The translations under genes and the position numbers were made by a program. Below the pieces are notes generated by a model. That model had not been told where the DNA came from, did not search any database, and saw only the letters and a program-made list of their open reading frames with translations. A stretch of DNA of 64,000 nt, taken from Tubulanus polymorphus (taxonomy: Eukaryota; Animalia; Nemertea). How positions within the stretch are numbered: position 1 is the stretch's first letter; every line of letters begins with the position of its first letter. The stretch covers positions 1,922,001 to 1,986,000 of the forward strand of contig NC_134036.1 in assembly GCF_964204645.1 (NCBI RefSeq), in the 5' to 3' direction. Shown piece after piece: positions 1-13,600 of this stretch.

Positions 1-124
1 TACATATTGCATAGGGATGTTTCATAAAAACATCTGTTAGAGGTTCTGTCATCGACCATGAGCCGGCTGAGCAAAATACGGTTAAACTATATATTTCAAG
101 TATGGGGGTACGTGTACAGAGGCC

Positions 125-345
125 TCAAGTCGGATCTTTTGATTCAAGAGTGATATATGTGAGTTGGATGGTACAGTAGACTCCGCTCAAGTCGGGTCTT
201 TTGACTTGACAGTGACATCTGAGTAGGATGATACAGTAGACTCCGCTCAAGTCGGATCTTTTGACTTGAGAGTGATATCTGAGTTGGATGATACAGTTGA
301 CTCCGCTTAAGTCGGATCTTTTGACTCGAGTGTGATATCTGAGTT
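125..345. repeat. 60-bp tandem repeat, ~3.7 copies, each with a small hairpin
   Basis: Unit CTCAAGTCGGATCTTTTGACTTGAGAGTGATATCTGAGTTGGATGATACAGTAGACTCCG recurs at 60-bp period; internal inverted repeat CTCAAGTC/GACTTGAG. Confidence 0.9.
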
Positions 346-3334
346 GAGTTCGACGAACCCTATCTACACTAGTCAATTAACTTATTCCAACTCAAAAAGT
401 ATTTCAACGACTTTCAAACATAAAATCTGCCGCATCGACTCGATCGCATCGTATCAAAATATTCGTTGAATAATATTTAAGCCCCTGCTTTATTATTTGA
501 CCCAACAAAACTGGTAAACCGTAAATATTTATGTGTTTGTCTAACTCTGCGGGTTGAAGAAACTCCACTTGAGAATTTTTTTCGATCAAGTGGCAGAAAG
601 TCTGCGCATATTGTAAACAAACAGTAACACGTAAACCGTATTCGTGGCGCTCGATAAAAATGGACCCAATAACACAAAGCATTGTACGATAGATTCTGTT
701 GACTTCTAAAGTTTAAACTATCTTCGAAAAACTAGATAACCGTTATTGTGAGTCTGAAAATATTCTTTTTCAGTAACCAATTATAGTTTAATTGATAACA
801 TCTAACCAGATATCAGAAGAAAATAAAAAGTAGAAAAAATAGTTATTTTATCCTTTTTCAATAATGATTGATGCTTGAATTTAGATACCAATTAACTTCG
901 ATTAGATTTTGATTTTTTTTTATGATAGTCGGCCATCAAAGAGAATAAAAAGTTAGTTTTTCCTGTTCTTCGATCAAAGCTTTTTCTTATAAAATCTAAT
1001 TCATTTTGAATATTGAAAAAAGAATTTTGTATCGATCTAGGCCGCTCACCTTTTGTCACTCGGCGAAATGAACTATTCACTAAAGTCCTAAGTTCCTGAT
1101 ACGCAACAAACGTAGCGGTTGTACTCAACAATACACATCACCGCGCAACACATCACCACGAGTGACCCTTTACTCAATGACGTGTTGGTATAAAGTCAGT
1201 CGCTTGATGTTCAGTGCGCGAGGCAAGGTGCGCGTCATAGCGCGACAGTAGCAGGTGCGCGCAGCGCGGTTTAATTCAAAACTCTAAACAAACACAGACG
1301 GCGCGCGCGATACGCGAAAGGTTGTGTGGGCTTTTCAAAACGTGATAATTCAAACATGACCTTGTCCCCAAAACCCACAACAATACCCACAAGATGTTTT
1401 TTTCGTTTCTATTTAGATACATCAAAGATATGAGGTTAGAAAAAGATTATTCAGGGTTGTATTTAGTACCAAACTTCCTCCTATTTTTCCCAAGGTAAAA
1501 TTTTCACAACCTGGCAATAGAAATATAGATTAACATTCGCGAATCGTTGGTGCCGCTTTAGAAGCCCAGAATTTATTAAATTATCGAACTTCTAATATAT
1601 ACACATGTTCAACATGCAAGTAGATATGGAAACCCCTCACCACCCCACCCCCGTTGAGAATTCCTGACACCTCCCTGTCGAGCTAAGCTGAGATTTAAAA
1701 CATTTTCCCACGCACCTAGTTATAGAACGCGCACTTCAGTATTTTCTAATCACCAGAAACAGCTTTTCTTTGTTCTGAATCCCAGATTAAATAAATATCA
1801 ACTTGTCTCCCGAGATGACGAAAGAAAGCCTTAAAAAAATTCGAATTAAGTGTCGCCAGGGGAACGGATTTGGTAGGCGATGACGGTGGGAGGTATTGTT
1901 GGTATCCCGACACCTGTCTCCTTTTCAGGACGAAGTTTTATTTCCAATAATAGGAGATTTATTTTAAAGCTTATGTTACACAGTAATCACGTCGTCATCC
2001 GACGCCATTTTGTTTCTGTGCGTGTCGTGTTTTTTTTTGTCCAATTCCATTTGAAGTAGGTTCGAATCCCATTAAAAGCGACGAGCCAGTTTTTCTTTTG
2101 TTTTTTTTTTGCCTTTTAGACGTTTCGTGTCGCATTTCAATTTTAACTCCACTCCACAAGAAGGTTCGAATCCCATTATTACTTGAGATCGGAACAACAA
2201 GCCAATTTTTTTTCAAAAGGATCATTCCTTTGTTTAATATACCTCTTAGATTCTTTTTTTCAATTTAAATGGATTGGATCATGTCCCGTGAAAAGCACAT
2301 CCACCACTCCACGTGACTCATGACACGACCATCACAGAGATCATTAAAATGTCAAAAAGGCTTTTGTCCGGAATTTGAAATTCGAGTGGCAACTTTTTTC
2401 AAGCCATCTGTCGTGATTCAGTTGAATCGTGCATGGTTTCATCAGAGCCGTTTGATATTTCAAGGATATTCATTCTAAGCCTGGAAATGTACAGGAGTTT
2501 GTTAGCCAGTTTAGTGACCGAACAATAATGCCGTACCTTATCATTTTGAGATTTTAGTCGACAGTTCAACGTTAACATTTTTTATGAACCCCCTCCTGTA
2601 AAAATCCTGGATCCACGCCTGAAGTGTACAGGAGTTTGATATAGCCAGTTTTGGTGACCCACTCATCACCTCTCAACGACTTTGGACTCGCAAAACTTTG
2701 TCCGATTCCACGGTTCGTAAGGTTTGATTCTAGTTTTGAGTTAACTCATTGAAAATGAACTGATTTCAACTGGATTTAGATTTCTCATCCATCTTCGCCA
2801 CCAATGCGGCTTTGGCAAAACTGTGAGACGAATAAATAGGTCCGGCCTTATACAACCCAGTTTTTTAACGAAATTGTAAGATTTTCTATTCAGCTACATG
2901 GAGGTATATATGATACTGTGTTGTCACGAAGCTTTGGAATCCGTCTTCATAAAGAGTGAGCATGAAGCCATTCTTCACTTGATCGCGGAGGTGTTAATTT
3001 GGCGTCGAGAGAGAAAACTGCCCCAATCCGTGCTAAAACCAATCTTTTTTCTATTTCAACTACCACGACGGCCCCACGCGAAGCTTTCTAATGAGTAACA
3101 TCGGAATTTCGCAGCCACTACCATCACCAGCCATCGCCTATACAACATCTGACAATAACTCCATTTCTTTTTCTATTCAAAATCGTCCTACGTATCCGAC
3201 ACAAAAACCCGCGGTTTCTTTCCCAGCTTGTATTGTTCGTTTCGTCGCGTTGGCTTCAATACGAATCATGAGTCACGGTTCGTAATGATGACTAAACGCG
3301 ATTAGGTTTAAAAAAACAAATGACAGTCCACGAC

Positions 3335-3575
3335 CTTCCCTCTCCCCTCTCTCTCTCTCTTTCACTTTCCCCTCTCCTCTCTCTCTCCCTCCCTCCCTCC
3401 CTCTCTCTCCCCGCCCCCTCTCTCCCTCCCTCTCCTCTCACACTCACCCTCTCCCTCCCTCTCCTCTTTCTCTACTCTCTCCTCTCTCTCCTCTTCTCTC
3501 CCCTATCTCTCTCTCTCCCCTCTCTCTCCCTTCCTCTCTCATCCTTCTCCCCCTCTCCCTCTCTCTCCTCTCTCG
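3335..3575. repeat. CT-rich low-complexity tract
   Basis: Almost purely C/T; explains the Ser/Leu/Pro ORF 3320..3664. Confidence 0.95.
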
Positions 3576-3814
3576 GACTCCCACACGTTGACAACAAACT
3601 ATCATTCAGTTATGTGGTGTTAATTTACGTTCCCCTCCTCGGAATCGAATCAACCCGGAGATGAATCATCACCATCGACATTAAAACATCTTTATCGGAT
3701 GATAATGAAATTTTTGTCGTTTATTTGCAGATAAGCGGTTTTTACCAACTTTCGCAATACAATGACTTGGTTTCCAATACCATGCAGAGAGAATGCCACA
3801 ATAATAACGAAAAT

Positions 3815-3894
3815 TACTAGGGTACCCAATACTAGGGTACCCAGTACTAGGTACCCAATACTAGGGTACCCAATACTAGGGTACCCAGTACTAG
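3815..3894. repeat. ~15-bp minisatellite (TACTAGGGTACCCAA) x5
   Basis: Tandem copies of a unit containing the palindrome GGGTACCC. Confidence 0.9.
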
Positions 3895-6800
3895 CTTCCT
3901 CAAACTTTACTTGGACGAAATTAATCTTTGTCATCTAATTTCTAATGTAATTTCTCATTCGTCAAGATGATTTGCATATTCAGAAATCGATAGTTAGAGT
4001 CTGAATTTATTTTTAAAATAATATTTTCTTTCTGACTTTACCCTTTTGTCACATTTAGTTTAAACTACGTTACAACAGCCGGCCTCTGATTTTTCAAAGA
4101 CAAATAAATCTTAATTCTTAAAGAATTAGATTTAGCTGCACTAGCAGCTGATGTTGCTGTTATTGAAGCTGTTCGGATCTAATCCACAATTAACGGATAA
4201 TCTCCTTTTACGACAGGTGCGCGTCGACGCCATTGTCACCGGTCAAACAGATTAACAGCCGGACGCGTAAATAGGGGATTAACGAGGGATTATCGTAGGT
4301 AACGGATTATAGCCAGTGTTATTGATATCATTGATGAATTGAAGCGGATTTATCCGACCAATAAGGCCTAGTGGACACAAAAGAACAACATACTTGCGGT
4401 GTGTACCGGTGATTGCGCAATGACATTGTCTATTAGCTTATAAGGAGGAGAACGGTTTTCACCTGCGCGCAACCAATATAAACTCCATTAATAGATTCAA
4501 TTGGCTATTGATGTCACGAAAAAAAGAACAAATGAATAGGAAACTGGACAACTTAATAATATTGATTCCAATTTAGGATTATTACTATTGCTCATAGGCT
4601 AGATGAAAGCTATGTTTATGTAGCCCGCGTAAGACCTATAGAATGTATGGCTATTGATGTCATGAGAAACTCCCTGAGTTTTCCAGATTTTGGGGAAAAT
4701 TTATCAAATTCCTTGCAGTTTTCTTCCAGATTTATCGATTTTCCTAGATTCTTCCGCATTGGGTTTATTGCGATCGGTTTGTTGAAGTTCAATATAGGTA
4801 TATAGGCTGGTATTGATGCAGTTTCTCTAGTTTAGTAAGGCGACGCCGTGTCAGTGGGTTGAGTTAAGAGTTACACTCGAAACTTGCCAGCATCATCAAG
4901 TACTTCCGCGTCTTTGTGAAGTTGATGCTCGCGAAGAGGCTTTTACATAATAATTTACCAGCGCGAAGAGTTTACCGTGAACAATAACGGAGACCTGCCC
5001 AATATAGCGCGGGTTAAGTTTACTTTCTCTATAGAATAAAAACTAGAAAGTATCTTTTCATCTTGCTCTCCTTGATTGTAGAGAATTTGCATAATTAGAA
5101 CCAGAGTCACGCGATGAGGCCTATCATGTAATAATGTGTATGTACAGGACTTTATCGGATATCGTCGCGACTCCATGGCGACTGGGGTTCTCACAGGTGC
5201 TCGTCCGAATTAGTTTCGTCGTAGTTTTAAAGCATGTCGTATTATGGAGGCAATTGTTTAGAAAAAAAGTGACGGAACCATCCCCACAATAAGGTGGCAG
5301 AAGGATCGCTTCTACCATAATCTTACGACATCTTGAAATTGATATAGTGATATACGTAGACTCTTCGAGAGACGTCTGCTCCTAAGAGAATCCCCCTATG
5401 ACATCACCAAACTGATCTATAGATAAAGATGGCTACATCTACCATAATCCCCCTATGACATCAACAAATTGATATGGTAGATACTTTCAGAAAAGATGGC
5501 TACCTCTATAAAGATATGGTGGTAAGGACACTTCTAGAAAATATGCTGCTTTCAAATATTTGTCGGAAGATAAAAAAAATGTCTAAAGAGGAAGCATCAT
5601 GTGTTTGTTTATATAGGGTTCTGATAATTTTTGCATTTTTCATTATTTGTTCGTTGTCTGTTTCTTATGGCGAAAGCCTGAAGCTGCTGGATCCTATATT
5701 ATCTAGAGATCACGATCGTAACAATGCTCTCAAAAATGTCTCTGATGAGGACACGACGCAAATAGTGCGTTTAATAAAGATCTCGGTGAAAGAAACCGGT
5801 TTTCAATACGGATGAACAGGATGTCTATTGTACGACCTGGAGACCCACCTGCGCCTATAGAGAGATTGAGGGAGAGGTAGCCGAAATTTTAAACGGGGGG
5901 GATATTCTATTATGATATAAAGAATAATGATACAACCTATTATAATTATTTTCGATTGAGCGCTCGAAATAGTGAATCATCGTCCATAGGGCTTTTATAC
6001 AGTCTGGTGATTTGGGAATTATGATTGATTGATAGCGCCCGGGCGTCAGCCCACGCCCCATCCCCCCTTCCTCCCGGTATTTATAATACTCAGTATTTGC
6101 TCGCGGTCACAAAGTTCACAAACTTTCTGATCGAATCCGTTCATGTATAAACCGCACTATCCCAAGGTCATTCGTCAATCGTTCGGACGTTGCCGTTATT
6201 AACATAACGAACGAGATTGTTGTAGTATTCAAATATTACTCTTAGACCAAGGCTCGACGCCTTCCATTACAAAAAACCGGATGTTTAAGGGACAATGTAA
6301 AAACAAAGTCTCGCGAGGGATTTCTCCTCTTCCCGGCTAAACGGACCAATAGCTATAGGCAATAAGAGGTTTATGGTTCTCCCGGCTGTGGTGAACTTTT
6401 ACGAGTAGGTGGTTATATTGATTTTGCACTTTACAAACTTTTGTATCGCGACAACAATGGGAGTCGTTAAGTTTCAGTTGAATAGACAGATTTCAAATAC
6501 TGATAATAAAAGATGACGAGGTCAAACATTTTAGAGACACACATCTCAAAATTAAAGTACACATTCTCATCGATACGTTTGATATTTGAGATTGATTTTG
6601 AGATGATATTTGAGATTTTATGGAGGTCAATAGATTACTGATAATGCGTTGTTTACTGATTTGAATTATATGACATTTTCGACGAGGATGTAGCCCACCT
6701 GTGACGATATTGGTTAAGTCAGCTATTGTCTAAAATCAACAGTGTAGCCTAAGCAGTCCTATTATTGAAATCTCGAAAACTAGGTTACCTTTGGATATCA

Positions 6801-7401
6801 CTAGAATATCATCCGTCGGTAAAATAAATTGAGACAGAAATTTGAGATATTACGACGGCTATCATAAAAAGACATTTAGAAAGATTATCTAATTGAATCT
6901 TAATGACTTCAAACTGTTTAATTTCCAATCCAACATAACTAACCGTTATTCGATTACTGATTACGCAACAATTGATATATAAGAATCTGTGGTTTTCATA
7001 GCAACGTCCTATACTAAAATCGCCTCTGTTCATCACAAGTCTCATTTTCATTGTATCATCAAAATTGCTTCGAGCTTCGTGAATTTTACGTCCAATTAAA
7101 CTCGACACTTACTATAGCTATCATTAAATGATGATCTTCACTTAATAACGAAATGTCCAATAATTCCCTAGTGACAACGATAACATTTATTTTATAAATA
7201 GTGTGGATAATAATGGTGATAATTTAAACTTCTAACGGTTTCTAAAACTGTTGCATTTAAAGCGATGAATGTTTTGAATAGAATTATGTAATTCGTTTTT
7301 AGTATCAAAGACTGAAGGCCCCCAAGGAGAAGGAATTTGAAAGTCTTGTGGTCCGTTAGTATTCAACCCTATCTATCTATACGGTCGGCCTTGGTTTGGT
7401 T

Positions 7402-8730
7402 GACAAGGCCTTTGACTCTATTGCAATCCGACTAAAAGTTAACTTAAATCGTCGGTTTTTAACACACAAAAGGTCTTCGACTCAATTACACACTTCAAAC
7501 TCTAGAACAAAACACACCCGTTGATTTTCGAAAAGCGTTTGATCGGATGATAATCAACAGTTTCCAAGGCATTTTTTTTCCGCTGTTTTCTTCTTTGATT
7601 TCACTAAAGCGTTTGATTTTTACCCATCTTATCTTAAACTGCCTTCACTGAAGCTCTTGAAAGCTTTCTTCAGATTAGCAAACAGTCCTCTTTATAGACT
7701 TCATCAACACATTCGAGACCGTGTCAACTCTGAAACAATTTCGCCAAGGCGCCATTTGATCCCATCAATTAGAATCATTATCAAACCTCAGCTCACACGA
7801 GATCTTGCACCTCCCTGACGAGATCAAACCACTTCATAGCCTAGGATCCCAACAAAACCACTAAACAACGCTCTTCATCACATCATCACTACAAACACAC
7901 TCATCTGCCTGACAACTTTTGTTACTAACATCTCTTTCTCACGTGCATTCACCGGACGTGTTACCTATAGCGGCGGTGGTCATACGATCGCGAATAAAGT
8001 CTTTCAAACGGCCGCCGAACTTACAACAATTCCCGGGCAATCTATAAACTAGATTGTATACTATTATAACCATGGGTGCAAATTCTAACGGCGTAAATTA
8101 GTCAACGTCGCGATAATGATTTGGGAAATGCGACGCTTCTGATCTTCTGATCGTATTGCACCGAACCGGGCGGATAGCAACGACTATAAGCACGTCTTCA
8201 GATGCCTCAAAATTCTCTAAACTTGAATCCCTTCTTAGGAATTATCAATCTAAACACTAAGCACGAATATTAGAACCTTTTTTTTATAGAATATTTAAAG
8301 TTCATTTCCATGGTCTGACTTCTGACTTTCTAACAAATTTTTCTTAATTCAGGCTATCGGTTAGCTCCGACCAAATCTACCACGGTCTCAGCAAGTCTGA
8401 GTTAGGTAAGGTCTATGTGCATATTCATCTTTATGTCGTCGGCCATTTTAACTTTTCACATTTCAAAACAGACTTTACCACCGTGGAGAAAAATCTCTTC
8501 AATATATATATGCAAATTCGGCATCTATTGAATTCTATTTTCTATCTCGGGTAGTGAATGCATTTTTATAGTCGCTTTCAATGCGAGTAAGTTAATGCAT
8601 TAAAGCACTCGAGTTTCAAAAGGCATTTGACAAGGAACAGGATGCGGGTGCGCATACTTTACTTGATTCGAAAGATAGTTGTTCAAGCGTTATGTCTTCC
8701 TCATTCTAAACGACAGATATCTAGATTTTG
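7402..8730 (+). mobile_element. Decayed LINE reverse-transcriptase fragments, multiple copies of the DFxKAFD segment
   Basis: Hand translations in different frames: DKAFDSI (7402), KVFDSITHFKL (7470), VDFRKAFDRM (7520), AVFFFDFTKAFDF (7582), VLFIDFINTFETV (7685), LEFQKAFDK (8608), YLDF (8718). Matches the non-LTR RT motif hhhDhxKAFDsV. Confidence 0.55.
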
Positions 8731-8861
8731 TTAGTAGAGATATTGTATGACATTGAATATAGTGGCTTCCTATCTATCTAATGTAGGTATGAATCCGAAG
8801 GTTGGAACCACACCCTTTTAGATATTCGTAGTGTGAGGATGATTTAGCTAATTAAGCATCT

Positions 8862-10145
8862 ATAATATCTGGTAGTTTGTAGTTCATTTCCAATTAGAAA
8901 TGTCTCAGGTGAAGCACTGAACACATGTGAAGTTTGGACGATCAGTTTTTGAAAGTGTGCTGATAAAATGTCTAATATCTGGTAGTTTGTAGTTCATTTC
9001 CAATTAGAAATGTCTCAGGTGAAGCACTGAACACATGTGAAGTTTGGACGATCAGTTTTTGAAAGTGTGCTGATAAAATGTCTAATGTCTGGTGTTTGTA
9101 GTTCATTTTCAATTAGAAATGTCTCAGGTGAAGCACTGAACACATGTGAAGTTTGGACGATCAGTTTTTGAAAGTGTGCTGATAAAATGTCTAATGTCTG
9201 GTGTTTGTAGTTCATTTTCAATTAGAAATGTCTCAGGTGAAGCACTGAACACATGTGAAGTGTGGACGATCAGTTTTTGAAAATGTGCTGATGAAATGTC
9301 TAATGTCTGATGTTTGTAGTTCATTTTCAATTAGAAATGTCTCAGGTGAAGCACTGAACACATGTGAAGTGCGGACGATCAGATTTTGAAAGTTGCGCTG
9401 ATGAAATGTCCAATGTCTCATGTTTGTAGTTCATTTTCAATTAGAAATGTCTCAGATGAAGCACTGAACACATGTGAAGTGTGGACGATCAGTTTTTGAA
9501 ATGGTGCTGATAAAATATCTAATATCTGGTGTTTGTAGTTCATTTTCAATTAGAAATGTCTCAGATGAAGCACTGAACACATGTGAAGTGTGGACGGTCA
9601 GTTTTTGAAAGTGAGCTGATAAAATGTCTAATATCTGGTGTTTGTAGTTCATTTTCAATTAGAAATGTCTCAAATGAAGCACTGAACACATGTGAAGTGT
9701 GGACGATCAGTGTTTGAAAGTGCGCTGATAAAATATCTAATATCTGGTGTTTGTAGTTCATTTTCAATTAGAAATGTCTCAGATGAAGCACTGAACACAT
9801 GTGAAGTGTGGAAGATCAGTTTTTGAAATTGTGCTGATAAAATGTCTAATATCTGGTGTTTTTAGTTCATTTTCAATTAGAAATGTCTCAGGTGAAGCAC
9901 TGAACACATGTGAAGTGTGGACGATCAGTTTTTGAAAGTGTGCTGATAAAATTTCTAATATCTAGTGTTTGTAGTTCATTTTCAATTAGAAATGTCTCAA
10001 ATGAAGCACTGAACACATGTGAAGTGTGGACGATCAGTTTTTGAAAGTGCGCTGATAAAATGTCTAATATCTGGTGTTTGTAGTTCATTTCCAATTTATA
10101 ACATCCTAAATTTTTCTGAAAGTGTGCTGATAAAATGTCTAATGC
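8862..10145. repeat. 109-bp satellite, ~11-12 copies
   Basis: Unit ...CTGGTGTTTGTAGTTCATTTTCAATTAGAAATGTCTCAGGTGAAGCACTGAACACATGTGAAGTGTGGACGATCAGTTTTTGAAAGTGTGCTGATAAAATGTCTAATAT. A diverged inverted solo copy lies at ~45695-45770. Explains the repeated ORFs 9015-10151. Confidence 0.97.
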
Positions 10146-10425
10146 AAGCATTTTCAGATATATTGTAGTTTCGTGTATATCTATAATGTAATGAATAATG
10201 CATGTAGGTTTTATCTGTGATGGGATAATTTTTCCCTAGACACAAAATTACCGGGTATTTATCGAACAAAGTGCTTTCACATACATGTGAATGACGTTAA
10301 TTATACCCTGTTCAAAAATTACTCGTTTCATCAAATACATATAATAACAATAATAATATAATCATAATAATAGCCTAATTATACATAATTGTCGTAATTA
10401 CGACTATTAGTAGGAATTGTTATTA

Positions 10426-10648
<223 letters not shown>

Positions 10649-13600
10649 ATATATATACTCTCTGCTTCGCCTATGTGGGTTTCACTCGGTGCTAACAGCA
10701 GCCGAATGAACCAATTATCTCCTAAAGCAGGAAGTAATGTGCAGTAAAATCTATAATGGCGGCTTTTTCGCAGCCATTTAGATGATTGGATGGACTAGAT
10801 CGAGGCCATGTCGTCGCTTGAGGGTCGCGCCTGCGACTAACACCCTGAGAATTATTTGTAAAAGTAACACGACTGTTGCGCCGTGGCTGTAACGTAATTT
10901 CAATCAAAACAGGTTCGAATCCCGCTTTTATTTAGGAATTTCGACGTTATGCAAAGTAACTACGTTTTCCAACTAGCTGGTTCATTCTGGATTTTTTTTC
11001 TTGGTGGTACAGTGACAGTGCAATCAGGTTCGAATCCCGATATGATTGAGAATCTCGGCGTATTTATTTAGTGAAAAAATTGCCAACTCTGACAATTTGG
11101 AATGTCTCGACAGCGAAGAGTTTATCAATCACACGATCAGGGCCTGGGACAAATTTGGAAAGAAATTGATTCTTGAAATCAAAGAATTATCTGAATTTTC
11201 GAGCTTCAATATAAATAAGATTTCACATGTATCATTCAAATAAATTCTTAAAAGAATTTTCAAAGAATTTGAGATTATGTTCCACTCATACCAATTATAC
11301 TCCATTTATCACCCACTCACCCACACACTCACACACTCACGCACTCACACACTCACATAACCCCCACTCACCCCATTCAAACCCTCACATTCCTCCTCAC
11401 ACTCACACAAATCATTCATTCAACCTGTAAAAAATGGTTCTCTGATTGGACGGGAGAACTGATAAAGTTGTACATCGAATATCGAAAAACGAAAACACAC
11501 ACACAAACTAACCGACAAACGACACGACAACATCCGACATACGACAAACTGACTGATCGGCGTGACTATACACTGGCGCCATCGTGCGGGAATCTCGCGA
11601 ATTAATCAAATCATATTATTATATTATTATAAATCAATATTCTCTGCTTTGTCTGCGCAATGTCGATCTATGAATCTATGACGTCAGCGTCTTTGACCTT
11701 TAAGCCCACCCAAAGGTCACAGAATTGGATTATTGTGTTAACAGTAAATTACCAAACCTACACCGCCCCAGACTTGACTCGAGTCAAATGCTTTATCTAA
11801 ATCTGTTCTATTTTCGACGTGGCCATATTTCTTCGGAAAGTCTTTCTATTTTTGTCTCATCAATTTTTTCAGCCGTTTTTTTATCTTTGGCTATATTTCA
11901 ATATCATATTTTATTAGACAACGTTAGATGTTGGTTTCGATAGATAATTTGTTTTATTTTATTTTTACTTTTATTACTTTTCTCAAATTTTTGATCATCC
12001 CACAATTTTAATTTTCATCGAATTAGTCTTACGACACTGTAAAACTGGTTTCGGGCATTTTTTGCCATTTTTAAAATCAAATTCCATTCGATCTATAACT
12101 CTAGAACTGACCGATCAATTCTTACAGGGACCTTAATTTCGTCCTCGATAAATTCGTCGCCTGAATGTATATGATTTAGTTCACGAAATTCGAAACTGAT
12201 CATACTTTCCGGTTTAGCGAAGCTTCCACGGAATTCGAAACTGCTCATAATGAGTTCCGGCGTTTATCGATTCTCTAATTAAACCCGGTCTTTGTTTGTT
12301 TATTAATAACGATCGAATTAATCCGGAAATACCGCCCGATTGTTGATACATCCGGGACACGTTATCGCGCACTGAGCAGACGGATTTCATACACTTCCGG
12401 TTACTAATTAACGACACGTGATCTCTATCACGATGAACACTTAAGCGCTCCACCTTTCAAAATCGATATATTGCGAAAAGATCAAATAGCTAATAGGGAA
12501 TCAGATGACGTCATAGGGGGATTTCTGTAAGGTTCTAGTTCCAATTCTTTTATCTAAGAACAGTCTATAATCATTTTAGATATTTTAAGCCAATCTAACA
12601 TTACAACTTGATACCGTTTTTAAGATTTAAGACCACTTTTATTTTATTTTTTACTCAAAATTTCAAAGATTAAAAGCGAATTTTATTTTTTTATAAATTA
12701 AACGACGTTTTCGGATTCTCCTCCCCCCTCTCTCTCTCTCTCTCTAGTGATTGTCGTGAAGATGTTGTTTAACCTTTTATTCATAGCCACTTTGTACTGT
12801 AGACGTGTGAAACGTGACTGTTCCATTGTTAGAGACCCCCCGTACCACCGCCGCCGCTGCAGACGATGATGATTTGATTTATTTGTTCACCGCAAATATC
12901 CACATTCTATGAATAATTCATTATCGGTTTAATTCATCCGATATTATTTGCTTCTTTTTAAATATTAAACCGTTTCGATCGCCGTTTCCCGCTCGAGACT
13001 GAATCGAAAGCTTTCATGAAATCGGGGAAAATTTGCTGACGTGAATTTGAAGGAACTTTTCAAACAATAACGACTGAATTCCTCGTTTTTTTCTGAAATA
13101 AGTTTCTAATGAATATTCCAAACCTTTTTTCCCCCAAAATTACATTATTCGACTACCTTGAAAGGAATGCGGATTTAAAAGAAAAAATATCTAAAATAAA
13201 TTTGCATTCTATCGCTAAGATTTCACTTAAATTCCCGAGCTATAGTTCCTTGCGTAATTAAATTACCGATTCGTTTTGCTTTTAATTACAGAATCTACAA
13301 GGGGTCTTTATATTTCAACACACTACCAGGGGGAAAATTTATTATTCCATTAAATCTTTTTTCTCTCAAGCCCCGAGGGTACGGGTGCGAGCGCGCACTC
13401 CCATCTGATCAAAGAATTAGTTTCATTTACTTTTAAGATTTTACAACATCAAAAAAAAATTTAACGTGCACGTGAGATAAAGCAAATTTGACATTTTTCC
13501 CGCTGGTGACGATCAAAGCTTTAAGAAAATTAAAAAATGCAATAAAAGAAAAAAAATGTTGCTCACCTCTTTCACCTCTGAAGATTTTTCTAACGTATTT

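Noticed and set aside
404-1131. Two minus-strand ORFs (92 and 79 aa)
   Set aside because: No recognisable domain, in-frame stops between them and no convincing splice pairing.
9015-10151. Repeated similar ORFs, and CTGATGA motifs, in the 109-bp satellite
   Set aside because: ORFs are by-products of the repeat period; CTGATGA lacks helix I/II partners, so it is not a hammerhead.
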